Below, one piece after another: positions 1-11,960 of a DNA stretch of 64,000 nucleotides (the first letter of the stretch is position 1; the number at the start of each line of letters is the position of its first letter). The notes under the pieces are model-generated. The model was not told the DNA's origin. It did not search any database and saw only the letters and a program-made list of their open reading frames with translations. The stretch spans positions 12,712,001-12,776,000 of the forward strand of contig NC_087437.1 of the NCBI RefSeq assembly GCF_036321535.1, read 5' to 3'. A program made the translations under genes and the position numbers. This stretch comes from Camelus dromedarius (lineage: Eukaryota).

Positions 1-42
1 GTTAGAAGATGAGGGATACTTAATATCATAAGAAATACTTAA

Positions 43-2880
43 ATGTTCACCACAAAAAGAAAATATAGATTTTCTCTAAAAGACATCCAAATCAGAAAGA
101 AAAAAATTAAAATGTCACTAATTGCAGAGGAAATGATATTATATAGAGAAAATCCTAAAGATTCCACCAAAAAACTATTAGAACTAATTAAAATTTTAAT
201 GAAGTTGCAGGATACAAAATCAACATACAAAAATTTGTTATGTTTCTGTAAACTAACAACAAACTATCAGGAAAAAAACATTAAGGAAACAATCCCACTT
301 GCAATTGCAACAACAACAAAAATTAAATTATCTAGGAATAAATTTAACCGAAAAGGTAACAGAACTGTACACTGAAAACTATAAGACACTGACTTAAGAA
401 ATTGAAAACAAAAATAAATGGAAAGTTACCCATGTGCATGGATTAGAAGAATTAATATTGTTAATATGTCCATACACTCCAAAGCAATCTGCAGATTCAG
501 TGCAATAATGATCAAAATTCAACATTTTCCACAGAAATAGAACAATCTTAAAATTTATATGAAACTACAAAAGACTTCAAATTGCCAAAGCATTCCAGAG
601 AAAGAAGAACAGAGCTGGAGACATCATACTCCTAAATTTCCAACTATATTACAAAGCTATCATTATCAAAATGGTAAGGCATTGACTTTTTTTTTTTTTA
701 AAGATGCACAGATCAAAGGAACAGAAAAGAGAGCCCAGAAATAAATCCATGTATATATGGTCAATTAGTTTACAACAAAGAATCCGAGAATATAGAAGGG
801 GGAAAGGACACCTCCTTAATAAATGGTGTTGAGAAAACTGGACACCCATATGCAAAAGGACGGAATTGGACCCTTATCCTACACTACACACAAAAATTAA
901 TTCAAAATGGATTAAAGACTTGAACATGAGACTTGAAACCATAAAACTCCTAGAAGAAAACATAGGCAGTACACTTCCTGACATCAGTCTCGGTGATGAA
1001 CTTTTTTTTTCTTGACATCAAAAGCAAAAATAAACAAGTGGGACTACATCTAATCAAAAAGCTTCTGCACAGCAAAGGGAAACCATCAACAAAATTAAAA
1101 GGTAATCTACAAGTGGGGGAAAATATTTGTAAATCATGTATCTGATAATGGATTAATACTCGAAACATATAAAGAACTCACACAATTCAATAGCAAAAAA
1201 AAAAAAGTTAAAAAATGGGCTGAGAGTTTGTTGCAAACATTGTGGAAAACAGTATGGAGATTCCTCAAAGGACTGAAAACAGACTTACCATATGACCCAG
1301 CAATGCCACTCCTGGGCATATATCCAGAGGGAACCGTAATTCAAAAAGACACCTGCACCCCAATGTTCATAGCAGCACTATTTACAATAGCCAAGACATG
1401 GAAACAACTTAAATGTCCATTGACAGATGACTGGGTAAAGAAGTTGTGGTATACTTATATAATGGAATACTACTTAGCCATTAAAAATGATAAAATAATG
1501 CCATTTGCAGCAACATCCAGGCCCTGGAGAATGTCATTCTAAGTGAAGTAAGCCAGAAAAAGAAAGAAAAATACCATATGATATCACTCATATGTGGAAT
1601 CTAAATATATAAATAAAGACAAATGAACCTATATATAAAACAGAAACAGACTCACAGACATAGAATACAGACTTGTGGTTGCCAGAGAGGAGAAGGGTGG
1701 GAAGGGATAAACTGGGAGTTCAAGATTTGCAGATACTGACTGGTATACATAAAATAGATAAAAAAGTTTATACTGTATAGCACAGGGAAATATATTCAAT
1801 ATCTTGTAGTAGCTTATGGTGAAAAAGAATATGAAAATGAATATATGTATATTCATGTATGACTGAAGCATTGTGCTGTACACCAGAAACTGACACAACA
1901 TTGTAAACTGACTATACCTCAATAAAAATAAAAATACCATTCCACAACAAAATTCAAGAAAAAAAATTGGCTGATGATCCAAATTGATATTTTTCCAAAG
2001 AAGACATATCGATGGCTAACAGGTGTACGAAAAGGTGCTCAACATCATTAACCTCAGGGAAATGAAAGGCAAAAACACAGTGAGATATCACCTCACATCT
2101 GTTAGAATGGTTATTATCAAAAAGACAAGAAATAACAAGTGTTGGCAAAGATGTAGAGAAAAGGAACCCTTGTGTACACTGGTGGAATTGTAAATTGGTG
2201 CAGTCACTATCTAAAACAATATGGAAGCCCCTCAAACATTAAAAATAGAATTATTATATGATCTAACAATTCCACTCCTTAGTATTTATACCAAGAAAAT
2301 AAAAATACTAATTTGAAAAGATATATGCACCCCCATGTTCACTGCAGTATTGTTTATAAGAGCTAAGACAAAGAAGCAACATAAAAGTCCATAAATAAAT
2401 GAGTGGATAAAGAAAATGGGGTACTTATATACAATGGAATATTAATCAGCCATAAAAAAAGAATGAAATCTTGACATTTGGGACAACATGAATAGACCTA
2501 AAGGGCATTATGCTTAGTGAAATAAGTCAGAGAAAGACAGACAAATACTACATGATCTCACTTACACATGGAATCTAAAACAAAACAAAACCAACCAAAC
2601 TCACAGATAAAGAGAACAGATTAGTGGTTGCCAGAGCAGGTGTCAGAGGCATAAAATAAGTGAAGGTGGTCAAAAGGTATAAACTTCTAGTTATAAAATA
2701 AGCAAGTCTTGGGATGTAATGTACACCAAGGTGACTACAGTTAACAATACTGCATTGTATATTTGAAAGTTGTTAAGAGTAGATTTTAAAAGGTCTCATC
2801 ACAAGGAAAAAAATATGTAACTATGTATGGTGATAAATGTTAACTAGACTTATTGTGGTGATCATTTTGCAATATAAAAA
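43..2880 (+). mobile_element. Degenerate LINE-1 (ORF2 3' part and 3' UTR, L1MA-like) in TOP2B intron 1, split by a younger L1
   Basis: Broken frames give L1 ORF2 peptides (e.g. MILYRENPKDSTKKLLELI). Typical L1 3' UTR at about 2560-2880. Many stops and frameshifts. Confidence 0.92.
1224..1960 (+). mobile_element. Younger 5'-truncated L1 nested in the older L1
   Basis: ORF2 C-terminal peptide [10 protein letters not shown]...[18 protein letters not shown], then a 3' UTR and A-rich tail. Flanked by near-identical 14-mers aaaaaatgggctga (1210-1223) and aaaaaattggctga (1961-1974). Confidence 0.88.
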
Positions 2881-2959
2881 AATTTTCTCAGATGAAAAAA
2901 GTGAAAATACTTCTCACTGGATTTAAAAAAAAAGAAGTGGGAAAGACGTGTGTACATTC

Positions 2960-3170
2960 AACTGAGAGCTTACTATGTGCAAAGCATTATGGGAATTATA
3001 TGAATATTCTCAATCAATCTTCATAAAAGTTTCATGAAGTAGACAGTGTTACTAATGATTTCCTTTTTACAGCAAGGAAACTGAGGTCTGGAGAATTTGA
3101 GCTAACAGAGCTAGTACTTGTAGAAGCTGAATTATGAAACCAAGTGATGTGATTTCATAGCTCATACTCT
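2960..3170 (-). mobile_element. MIR SINE fragment
   Basis: Reverse-orientation MIR core-like sequence ttttacagcaaggaaactgagg. Confidence 0.65.
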
Positions 3171-5334
3171 TAAAAAGCATTATGCTTATAATATTATTAA
3201 AGATACATATACCCTGAAAAGGAAGTGTACTCCCTAGCTTTTTGTGTAAAAGTAAAAGAAAGGTTAGCAGAAAGAGAGATACATAGGTATTTACCAGGAG
3301 GCTTTTTTTTAATCCTGTGATATCAGGGTATAAAAGACAAATTGTTTTGGTTTTTAATGTTTTAAGGTGGAGGAATGTGTAAATGATGGTTAAGAACAGA
3401 AGCCTGGTTTAAATCCCACCTCTGCCTTAGCCATGTGCCTAACACTTTATTACCTAATGTCTAAGCCCCTGTTTCCTTCTCTGCAAATGGGAATAATTAT
3501 ACAATCTCACTTCTTTAAAACTGGGTCCTATTTGTATTAAGATTTTTAAAAATACAAAAGAGGCTTTTTTTTAAGGTACTTAGTAAAATGCAACTGTTGC
3601 TACCACCTAAGTATTTAACATATCTGAAACTACTGGTGAACATACCCACGTCTATTCAGAAAAGTTAGCACAGTTTATTAAAATTGTTTCTAATACTGCA
3701 GTTAGTTACTTGAGAATCTATCTAAAGAACTGCTACCTAACCACTTGTCCTAATAAAGAAATAAGACTTTTCAGTAAGTCAGTATGTTAATTATCTAATT
3801 GGTTAACCATAACTGAGGCTGGATTATGCATCCAGCTCTTTGCTGAAAGCTATAAAGGATACAAACAAGTAAAATACATGGTTTCTGACTTCAGGAGTTT
3901 CACACATGAAAGTTACTTTTAAAAGAAAGATATTTTTGTTTTATGATCCGTAAGGGTATCAGAAAAAGATGAGTATAAACTGGAAGATAAAAGTTTGGTG
4001 ACACTCTGAGCTAGCTCTTAAGAGTAAGATTTAGACTGGTAAAGAGAAGAGAAAGAGGCATTCCTGATGGAAGATAAACACGTAAAGTGACAAAAAGAAA
4101 CATGATGTGCAGGAGACAGTGAAGGAAGAAATCTCACTATGAGGATGATATGGAATAAATTTCAATTGGCACATAATTTATCAAAGAACTGGCTTGCAAG
4201 TCTAGTTGAGGAGTTTAGACTTGCAATAATGAGCCGCTAAAGCAAAGTTCTTAATGCAAATCTTTAAGCAATATTTAAATTTATAGTCATGTTTCCTGAA
4301 TTAGAAATATCCAGTCTTTTGGCTTGTATGCTTTATATTTTTATTGAATTTTACTTTTAAAAAACTACAGTGTTAATTGTAGTTTTATATTTTTTAAGAG
4401 ACTTACGTTTTAGAGATAAGTACTGAAATATTTACACATGAAGTGTATAATTGTTGGATCTGCTTTCCTTCAAAATAATGAGGTTCGGAAAGGTGGGTGA
4501 CCTTGAGCTGCTAACTGTTGACAGTAGATGACAGAGGGAGGCTCCTATATCATTCTGGTCATCGTGATGTTATATGCTTAATATTTCCCATTACAGTATT
4601 GTTTTAATCTACCAAATTATAGTACTGGGAAAAGATCAATATTCACACAGTGAATAACCGTATTCTAATATTTCCACAATTTTTTTTTTGCAACCACTTA
4701 AACATGATAAAAGGCTGACTGAACAAAAGACTATTAGGGTCTACAAATCAAAGCTTTACAAAACTAAAAGTTAATTCAAGAAATTCTGCTTGCTTCAGAG
4801 ACGCCTTCGTAGCTTCTGTCAATTTTAACTCAAAATAGTTCTATAATACTTACATCTTTCACTTTTCAAGTTTTAAAAAATCTCTTTACGATATTGAAAA
4901 TCAAACACAAACCCAATAAACTATTAAAAGAAGTTAATGTCAATCTTAAACCACTTTGCTTTGTGGTTTCAGATACTGAAATGTAAGTTTCTGTGCAGTG
5001 ATAACATTAACACTACATGGTAGCATGCATCCCAACAGAAGTTAATACCAGCAACCATGGCACTACTCTCCCAGCCTCCAGAAAAAGAACGATACCAGGG
5101 ATTAACTCCATTTTTATTTCTTCCTGTAACCCACAACCAGGTAGCAATATAACATGAGTTTCAATAAAGCAGGCAAAGTTAACCCTCTTCAGAAACAGAT
5201 GACCTCTGCAACAAACCCCTGAACTCTTACAAAGGAATAATCTGCTTTCAACCTGGCTCAAAAAAATATTTTACGTAAAAGCAACTTTATTATTCTCAGT
5301 GCGCATTTCTTGAACTTCACCAATAAAAATTAAC

Positions 5335-5540
5335 GTTTATAAAGCCCAGCACTGTGCAACATATATTATCTCATTTAATTATCAATGCAACCTTATTTTA
5401 CAGATGAGGGAGCAACTTAAGAAAGATCAGATCCTTTTGTGCAAAGTCCCAATGACTATATGTGTTAGAGACAGGATCTGAATCCACATCAATCTGACAT
5501 CAAAGTCCATGCTCATAACAATCTCCCTATACTACCTCCC
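5335..5540 (-). mobile_element. MIR SINE fragment
   Basis: atctcatttaatt...attttacagatgaggg core and a downstream MIR-like segment. Confidence 0.65.
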
Positions 5541-7372
5541 ATAAAACTATATTATGGTCTATGGTCAGTGATGCATATTATGAACATAAAGATGCTCACG
5601 TAACTTTTTAATCAATCTCTAATTCAACAAGAGGATATTTTATAAATAAAAGATTAAGTGATTTTTACTTCTCCTTATTTCACTATATTTCCCTTAATAG
5701 TTTTATAATAAACATATTTAATCAATAAGTCAATTTTAGTTTCAAAAGAATTTTTCTGATATTGAATGAGACCTCTTAAGTTTCATGAAATTTCTTATGC
5801 AAATGAAACGAAAATTTCCTATTGAACTTCAAAGAAAAAGTGGTCATTTAATTATCTACAAAGTTAAATAGGAGTAAACTAAAATACTGCTATTAAACGT
5901 TAAAGCTAACCAACTCAATCTTGGAGCAAAATGTTTGCCATCATAGAGAGCGAGAGGTCCTCAGAGGAAACACTGATCAGGCCTCAACACTTCCAGTGAA
6001 TGAGAACCATCTGGCTCACTCCATTTTCAGAAGTTGTTTGATTTTAGTAACAAGGGTAAAGATCATCAATTTACAAAAACTATTCTTTTGCATTTATGCA
6101 TGCCTCCCCTGTCCCATGTTCACATGGACTGCAAACTTATTAACTGACGTTTTCTCTCTCCTGGCTCTAGTCTATTCATACTACATTATTGAAGTAACAT
6201 ACAAAATTCAGAGATCCAACAGTAAGAGTCTGGCAAGTTATTTCTCAAAGCATCTTGACATGCAAACAATTGTTTAAAATATTTTTCAGTTATCAGTAAC
6301 GTGCTTTTCACAAAGGATACTTGTCAATACAGCAGAACGTTACTCAACTCACCTACACCTCACCCAAACAACGAGAAAAAGGACTTGATAAAAACGGCAA
6401 TACGAAAGTTTCCTTGGGCGTTTTGGAAAGGGGGAAGGGGGTCGATTGAAAGTCCGTAGAAAACGTAACGCTTTTTTATTTTTCTCTTAGATACCTAGTC
6501 AGTTGGCTGAACTGGGAGTTTTTCGTGTGTGTAGGAAATGACCCTGGGCTGAACTCTATGCTGAGCAAGTGAAATGCGGGTGAATTATCGATCCGCCGTG
6601 GGAATCGGATCTCTCTAGGTCTTCCCTTCTCTACCACTTCCCAGCAGGAATTGAGCACTGAAATCCTAAAGGCCGCTCCAGGGCAAAACACCTCGGTCAC
6701 CTCTCCAACCCTCTCCATTCTGCCCCCACACCGTGTCTCCTGCGATGCTGACGCAGGTAAGCTCTTCTTTTAATAATCCCACTCTGACAGATGGACGATC
6801 TACGGTATATTAACTGCTGTGAAACAGCCATCCCGAAAGAGCTTTCAATCGAATGAGACTCTTCGAATTGAAGTGTAAACTGCCGCAGCCGTATTCCCCA
6901 CCAAATCCATTCTTCTTTGAGAGATCAGAGCACCAGAAATGGTTGCACTTACAACACATACACGCACGCACACCTCTCTCCGGGATTTTAAGACACATTT
7001 GGAGGAAGTGCTGACCCACACGGACTCACACACGTTACTGCCATACCCATCAACTCATGCCCGATTGCCCTAGTAAGACTAGGAAAGAGGAAAAAAGACG
7101 AGGCGGGGACCCGTGTCATGTTCATGGTTTGCGCCCCAAAGTTTCAAGTGCACATTACGCTCCTGCAGCCCGAGCCGCCAAAGAGGTAGAGAAGAAAGAA
7201 AAGGGGCGGGATTGGGGTTCTGCTGGCGGACACCCCGACGGGGCGCGCGTTTAGGGGACCGGATTTCCCTCTCCCTTCCCTCCCCGCCCCCCGTCGGCCG
7301 GGCGAGCTCCCCCCGCCGCGGGCCGGGAACAATGCCGCGGCCCAGACCCCCGCCCCACCGCCTGCCACTCAC

Positions 7373-7432
7373 CACCCAGGTCAGCGCCCCGTTGCCGCCG
7401 GCTCCCGCGCCTCCGCCGACCACCTTGGCCAT
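7373..7432 (-). CDS. TOP2B: DNA topoisomerase 2-beta, coding exon 1 (MAKVVGGGAGAGGNGALTWV); the rest of the gene lies left of the window
   Basis: ATG in an optimal GCCATGG context. The peptide ends GNGALTWV as in mammalian TOP2B and is followed by a phase-0 GTGAGT donor at 7372-7367. Synteny with NGLY1 agrees. Confidence 0.95.
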
Positions 7433-8045
7433 GGCGCGCGCCTCCGCTCCCGGGCCCCAGGCCGCGGCCGCCGCTCCGCCTCCCGCGGGCCGCCCGGCCC
7501 CGCCGCTCCGCACCGACCGCTCCGCTCGCCGTGCTCCTAGCGGCGCCGCCCCCCGCGCCCCATCGCCGAGACCCGGGCAGACGCCCGGCCGAGCCCGCCG
7601 AGGAGGCCGCGCCGCCCGCCGCCCTCAAACTCGAGGCGCGCGGCTGCGTCGCCCGGGCCTAGCGCAGCCGCTGAGGAAGAGGCGCAGGAGCAGGAAGCGG
7701 GGGAGGGCGGCGGCGACTGGGCGGCTGCGCTGCCTCCTCGCCCGCCCGGGGGCGGCGCGGCCAGCCGACCGAGGCCCTGAGTGCGGGCGGCGAGCGCGGC
7801 CGGCAGCCCGGGCGTCCGGACGTGGCGGGGACGCGGAGGCGCCCTGTCCTTCCTCACGCTCCGTGAAGGCCGCCGCTCGAAGAGCCGGAGCGGGGTCGCT
7901 GCGGCTGTAAAAGCCGCCTCTGTCGGCCGCGCCGCAGCCCGACTTCTTCACATCCACTCGCCGAGAGGGACAATAAGCAGAGCCGCCGCCGCCGCGGTCG
8001 CCTCCCTCTTGTCCGGCATAACACCGCACACACTCGCACACCGGG
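7433..8045 (-). other. TOP2B: Probable long GC-rich TOP2B 5' UTR (TSS inferred near 8040)
   Basis: Lies between the CCAAT/GC boxes and the ATG. The TSS position is inferred, not observed. Confidence 0.6.
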
Positions 8046-8060
8046 GAGGGCTGGGGGAGG
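7999..8060 (-). ncRNA. MIR4442: Sequence orthologous to the human MIR4442 annotation; status as a real miRNA is doubtful
   Basis: Minus strand 8017-8001 reads GCCGGACAAGAGGGAGG, matching my recall of miR-4442, which is annotated at the human TOP2B 5' end. The hairpin here looks weak. Confidence 0.35.
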
Positions 8061-8110
8061 CCGGGGGAAGGAGGGCGCGGCGGCCGTCCCGCTGTCAGTC
8101 AAGCCGCGGC

Positions 8111-8200
8111 GCCCAATCGGGGCCTTGCTGGCACAACATCTCAGCCAATCCCAAAATCCCAAGCCCCCGGAGGGGCGGGACCCGAGGGGGAAACGTCATT
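8111..8200 (-). promoter_or_regulatory. TOP2B: TOP2B proximal promoter: two inverted CCAAT boxes (NF-Y), a GC box (Sp1) and a CRE-like site
   Basis: CCAAT at 8113-8117 and 8145-8149 (32 bp apart), GGGGCGGG at 8172-8179, ACGTCA at 8193-8198. Control of the human TOP2B promoter by NF-Y and Sp1 is established. Confidence 0.85.
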
Positions 8201-9726
8201 GCGGGTAGCAACCGAAGGGAAGACTTGGGGTTTTTTGTTTGTGTGTCTGTCTGAGGGTTTTCCATTTGAAGGGAGAGCAGGGGCTGCTGTCAGAGGTCAT
8301 TTGAGGGCAGCAAAGGAAAAGGGTCGAATTGCCCTCGGGTCGATTTTAATCCTCTGAGCGTGCCGTTCACTCTTAAGACCTGCCGGCGAAGACGAGGAGC
8401 TCCTTTGCCCCGGGCCGCGGGGGTGGGGGAGGGGGGGTGAGCAGGAAGAAGCTGGGGGCCGTCCCAAAGGGAAAGTATTTTTAAAGAGCGGTTGTAAACC
8501 GCAGGCAAGATGTTGCAGATCACTGGTGCAGGGAGGGCCCCGTGACCCCGGCCTCCCCAAGGCCCCAAGTGGACGCTGCTGTGGAAGAATCCACAGCTCA
8601 GACCTCTCCCTCCTCCATCTCCTCCTTCCCTCTCCTCCCCTCACCCCAGAAGAGATCCCGTCAGTTCCAAGAAAACTGCATTTAAAGAACTTAAATGATA
8701 AGGGCCGCACAGAGAACGTTCCGGGGCGAGAATGCCGGGTGGGCTGAGGGTTCTGAGTCTACTCTTTGTCGATCTTTCTTCTCTGAACAATGCGGAACTG
8801 TCACTGTCACTTTTCATTCTCTTCTGTACAGAATTATGCCCGCTGCCTCTAAGAGGGCGCTTGTAATTTTTTTTTTTTAATTTTCAAATGCACACCAAGG
8901 AGTAATTTCATTCACATTAAAGCTTTCTAAGAAAGAAAATTACCCTTATAGCCGCACCACCGTCTGGCAGACGAAGATGGCCTTACTTCATCCTGCTTTT
9001 CGATGTAACTCGTTTCCACGCTCAGCCACCCTATACCAGGCTCTCCCATGGGCTCAAAATCAAAACGGGGACCCTGATTTCAAGTCATTTATAACCCGGT
9101 TTGTGAGACAGACTTAGAAGAGAGTTAACTATCACCAGAATGAGTACTTGAGGGCTTGAAGTGCCACCAGTCATGACATGAGAGCTTTTTAAGAAGATGA
9201 AAACCTCATTGCTGCAGCGTGAAAAGGTGTTTTTGTGAACTTCCAACTGTGCCTTTCCTCTCAAGGGAAAACAAAAATGTCTCGGGTCACATCTTTCAGC
9301 TGACTTCTGAGTCCAAAGAGGTGGGGAACTCTGAAACATGGAAATAATTTAAACACAGTTTTTCTTAATTAGCTCTCTAGTGGCCATGTAATTTTGGCAT
9401 ACTTGGGACTTTAGTTCAGAACAGTGAAACCTTTCTTTACCTTGAACTTGAGTTGCCAGCTTGTAAATCAGACCAGGGTCTAATATGGGCTCTGAACCTG
9501 ATCAACTAAGTCCTGGTGCCTTGTTATTTAACTTTGCAGACCTCTGTTTGTGCCTCCTTAAATTGAGTATTTTTGCTTTTGTACTTACTGTGACTTCACA
9601 TCTTCAAAGTACACATATATCCTATAAGCTTGAAAAGGGGTAAATAATTTTAAAAGCTGTGAGTTTTTTTTAATAAAGATCTATGCATTAAATAGAAGCC
9701 AAGCTATGAGATATATTGCCGTCTCT

Positions 9727-9757
9727 TTTTTTTTTACATTTTTTTATTGAGTTATAA
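9727..9757 (-). mobile_element. Ultra-short 5'-truncated young L1 (terminal ~22 nt plus poly-A)
   Basis: The reverse complement matches the 3' terminus of the L1 at 15023-15050. Flanked by ccgtctct at 9719-9726 and 9758-9765. Confidence 0.75.
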
Positions 9758-11960
9758 CCGTCTCTCTTTTTTTTTTTTAACTTCAGTTTTCAAAAGCTCT
9801 TCAGTCTCAGATTTATGAATAAAAGCATATATTCAAAAGCCAGATGGGTTAACTAATGGAAATTCACATTCATCCTTTCACTTGCCTCACTTGTGAGGCA
9901 TTGAGTGTTTTAGCCTTCTAAGCATGAGGAGCCTCTAGTAAATAACTCAATTTATTCTTCTTAAAATACTGACTTACCTAAAAGAAGCACAAATAGAGTT
10001 GTTGAATATAATGCACATCAACAGGTTAAAGCAGAGATTCGTGATAAATGGGAGAAGGTACCTAGATGACAAATATCTCAGCTCTGGAAGAACTGTTGGC
10101 CGGCTTAACCTCGCGCAGCAGACTTAACATACACTTATGGTGAAAGTGACTGTATCCACCTCGAGTGCAGCTTTCCTTTCTAGGGTTTTGTCAAATAACT
10201 TTCATTTACAGAGTAATTACAGTAATAATTTCCACATTAAAAGGCTGTATCTATATCATGTTTGTCTTGTTTGTGATATTCCTTTATTCTTGTGTTTATT
10301 ACACTGAAAGACTTAATTTGCACCCCACAGCGAGCACCAGCCAAAATGAAAAATTGTATAAATCAAAGTCAATTCCACTAACTGTAAAGATAAAGGCCTT
10401 TATTTACTCAAGCTTTCTTAGTAGCTTCCACGGGAGCTTATCCTAACTACTTTAGGATTTTTATTCTTAGATCTTATGTTTCCCCAGTATAGCAATCAAA
10501 AAAATATTAAATGCCTGCTGTGGGTTAGGTACTCAGGATCTGAGAATTCACGGTGATGAAGATAGTCTCTGCCTTGAGTTTACACCTTGTGTCATATGGT
10601 TTTGAGCTAATCTTCTGAAGCAAAAAGCAATTTATATGTATTTGCTATTTAATAAACATTTTGCCTGATGAGTCACACTTATCAGTGCACTTATATGCAG
10701 CAGGTATTTTAATTAACAAACCAAATAGTTTATCTAAGAAGATACTAACTCAAAACTGTACTTATAGACACGTGGTGAAGTTCCAGTAGAGTTTCCACGT
10801 CAATCGTGTCTTGTTCCAACACTGAGATCCAACACTGGCAGGGGAGGGGGAGGGTACTAATCTTTAACCCAGTGAGAATTTAAAGAAGTTAATATTTGAA
10901 TTCAAAATTCAGTGTCTGCAATTTTACCTCTCCCTTCCTCTCATTGTGTTAGATTCTATGGCTCATTAATATATATACAAAGTTGTTAGACAAAGAATAA
11001 GAAGAAAAATTCAACAAACTCAATAAATGATTTTCCAGGCTATGACTATTAAATGTTTTAAATGTAATTTGCTGTGTTACATTTCTTTAGAAGTATATGC
11101 TCAAGTTAGGGAAGAAAGCTACCATCAGTGTAGCCACTTGGGTTTCAGCATGTCTATAGTAATTATTATATTAGGTTATTAACTCTGATTTTTGAGACTG
11201 TTCAATTGTTCCACATATTTTATAAGTATATTTTTACTTTTAAAAAGATGCTTTAAGCACCAAAGGTAACAAGTGTTTATTGATGGCTGAAGACATCAAT
11301 GAACACCACATTCTTGAGTACTATCACCACTGGGAAGACAGAAAAAGGCTAAAGGTCTTCAATTTCTACCTGTAATGACCATGGAATGTTCATTTTATTT
11401 GACCTTTTTTGGTTTAGAGGAGTTTATTTTGGCCAAGCAAGCTATGCTGATCCTCTGGTAATGTCTCTAGTTACTTGAACAGACAGAACAGGCATTTTCA
11501 CTTATTTTAGATCCTATAGATTAGCAATAATTTAGACCTCTTACCTACTTTATTAAATTATATAATATGGAAAATATAATTAGCATATGATTAGCATATG
11601 CCTTTGTTTAAAAGACTGTTTTGGGGCTTTGAGAGTGTGTTAACATTAGGTTTGGACTTTCAAACAGGCATTTTGTCCTAAGAAAACCTCACTTTGTGGG
11701 GGCATTAGATGCCATCATTCACCTAACCTTCACCGACAGAATATATGATCCTCACATGTATATTGCTAAGTTGTATTTGAAGTTTCTGGTTTCTCAGAGT
11801 CATCTGATTCAGCTACTCAGTAATTTTATAAGATTCAGACCTAAAGAAATAAGATAGCTGTGGCTTTCCTAACTCAACCATTTGCATTTCAGAAGAGCTA
11901 GGAACTCTAAAGCTAGAGTTGTCAAGTTGTTTTCATTCTGTAGTATATTAAAAAATGCAA

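Larger units (their letters stand above)
7070..8450. promoter_or_regulatory. TOP2B: CpG island covering the TOP2B promoter, 5' UTR and exon 1
   Basis: Very high GC and CpG density against an AT-rich background. Boundaries judged by eye. Confidence 0.95.

Noticed and set aside
43..2880. Active or protein-coding L1 (also 22060-23845 and 61510-62750)
   Set aside because: All are partial and riddled with stops and frameshifts.
1..7372. TOP2B exon 2
   Set aside because: I found no sequence encoding the expected NNAAKKEESE/VERVYQKKTQLEH segment; it must lie outside the window.
7079..8254. Many long overlapping ORFs (e.g. 7113-7910, 265 aa)
   Set aside because: Ala/Arg/Pro/Gly low-complexity products expected from stop-poor CpG-island DNA. 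Only 7373-7432 matches a known protein.
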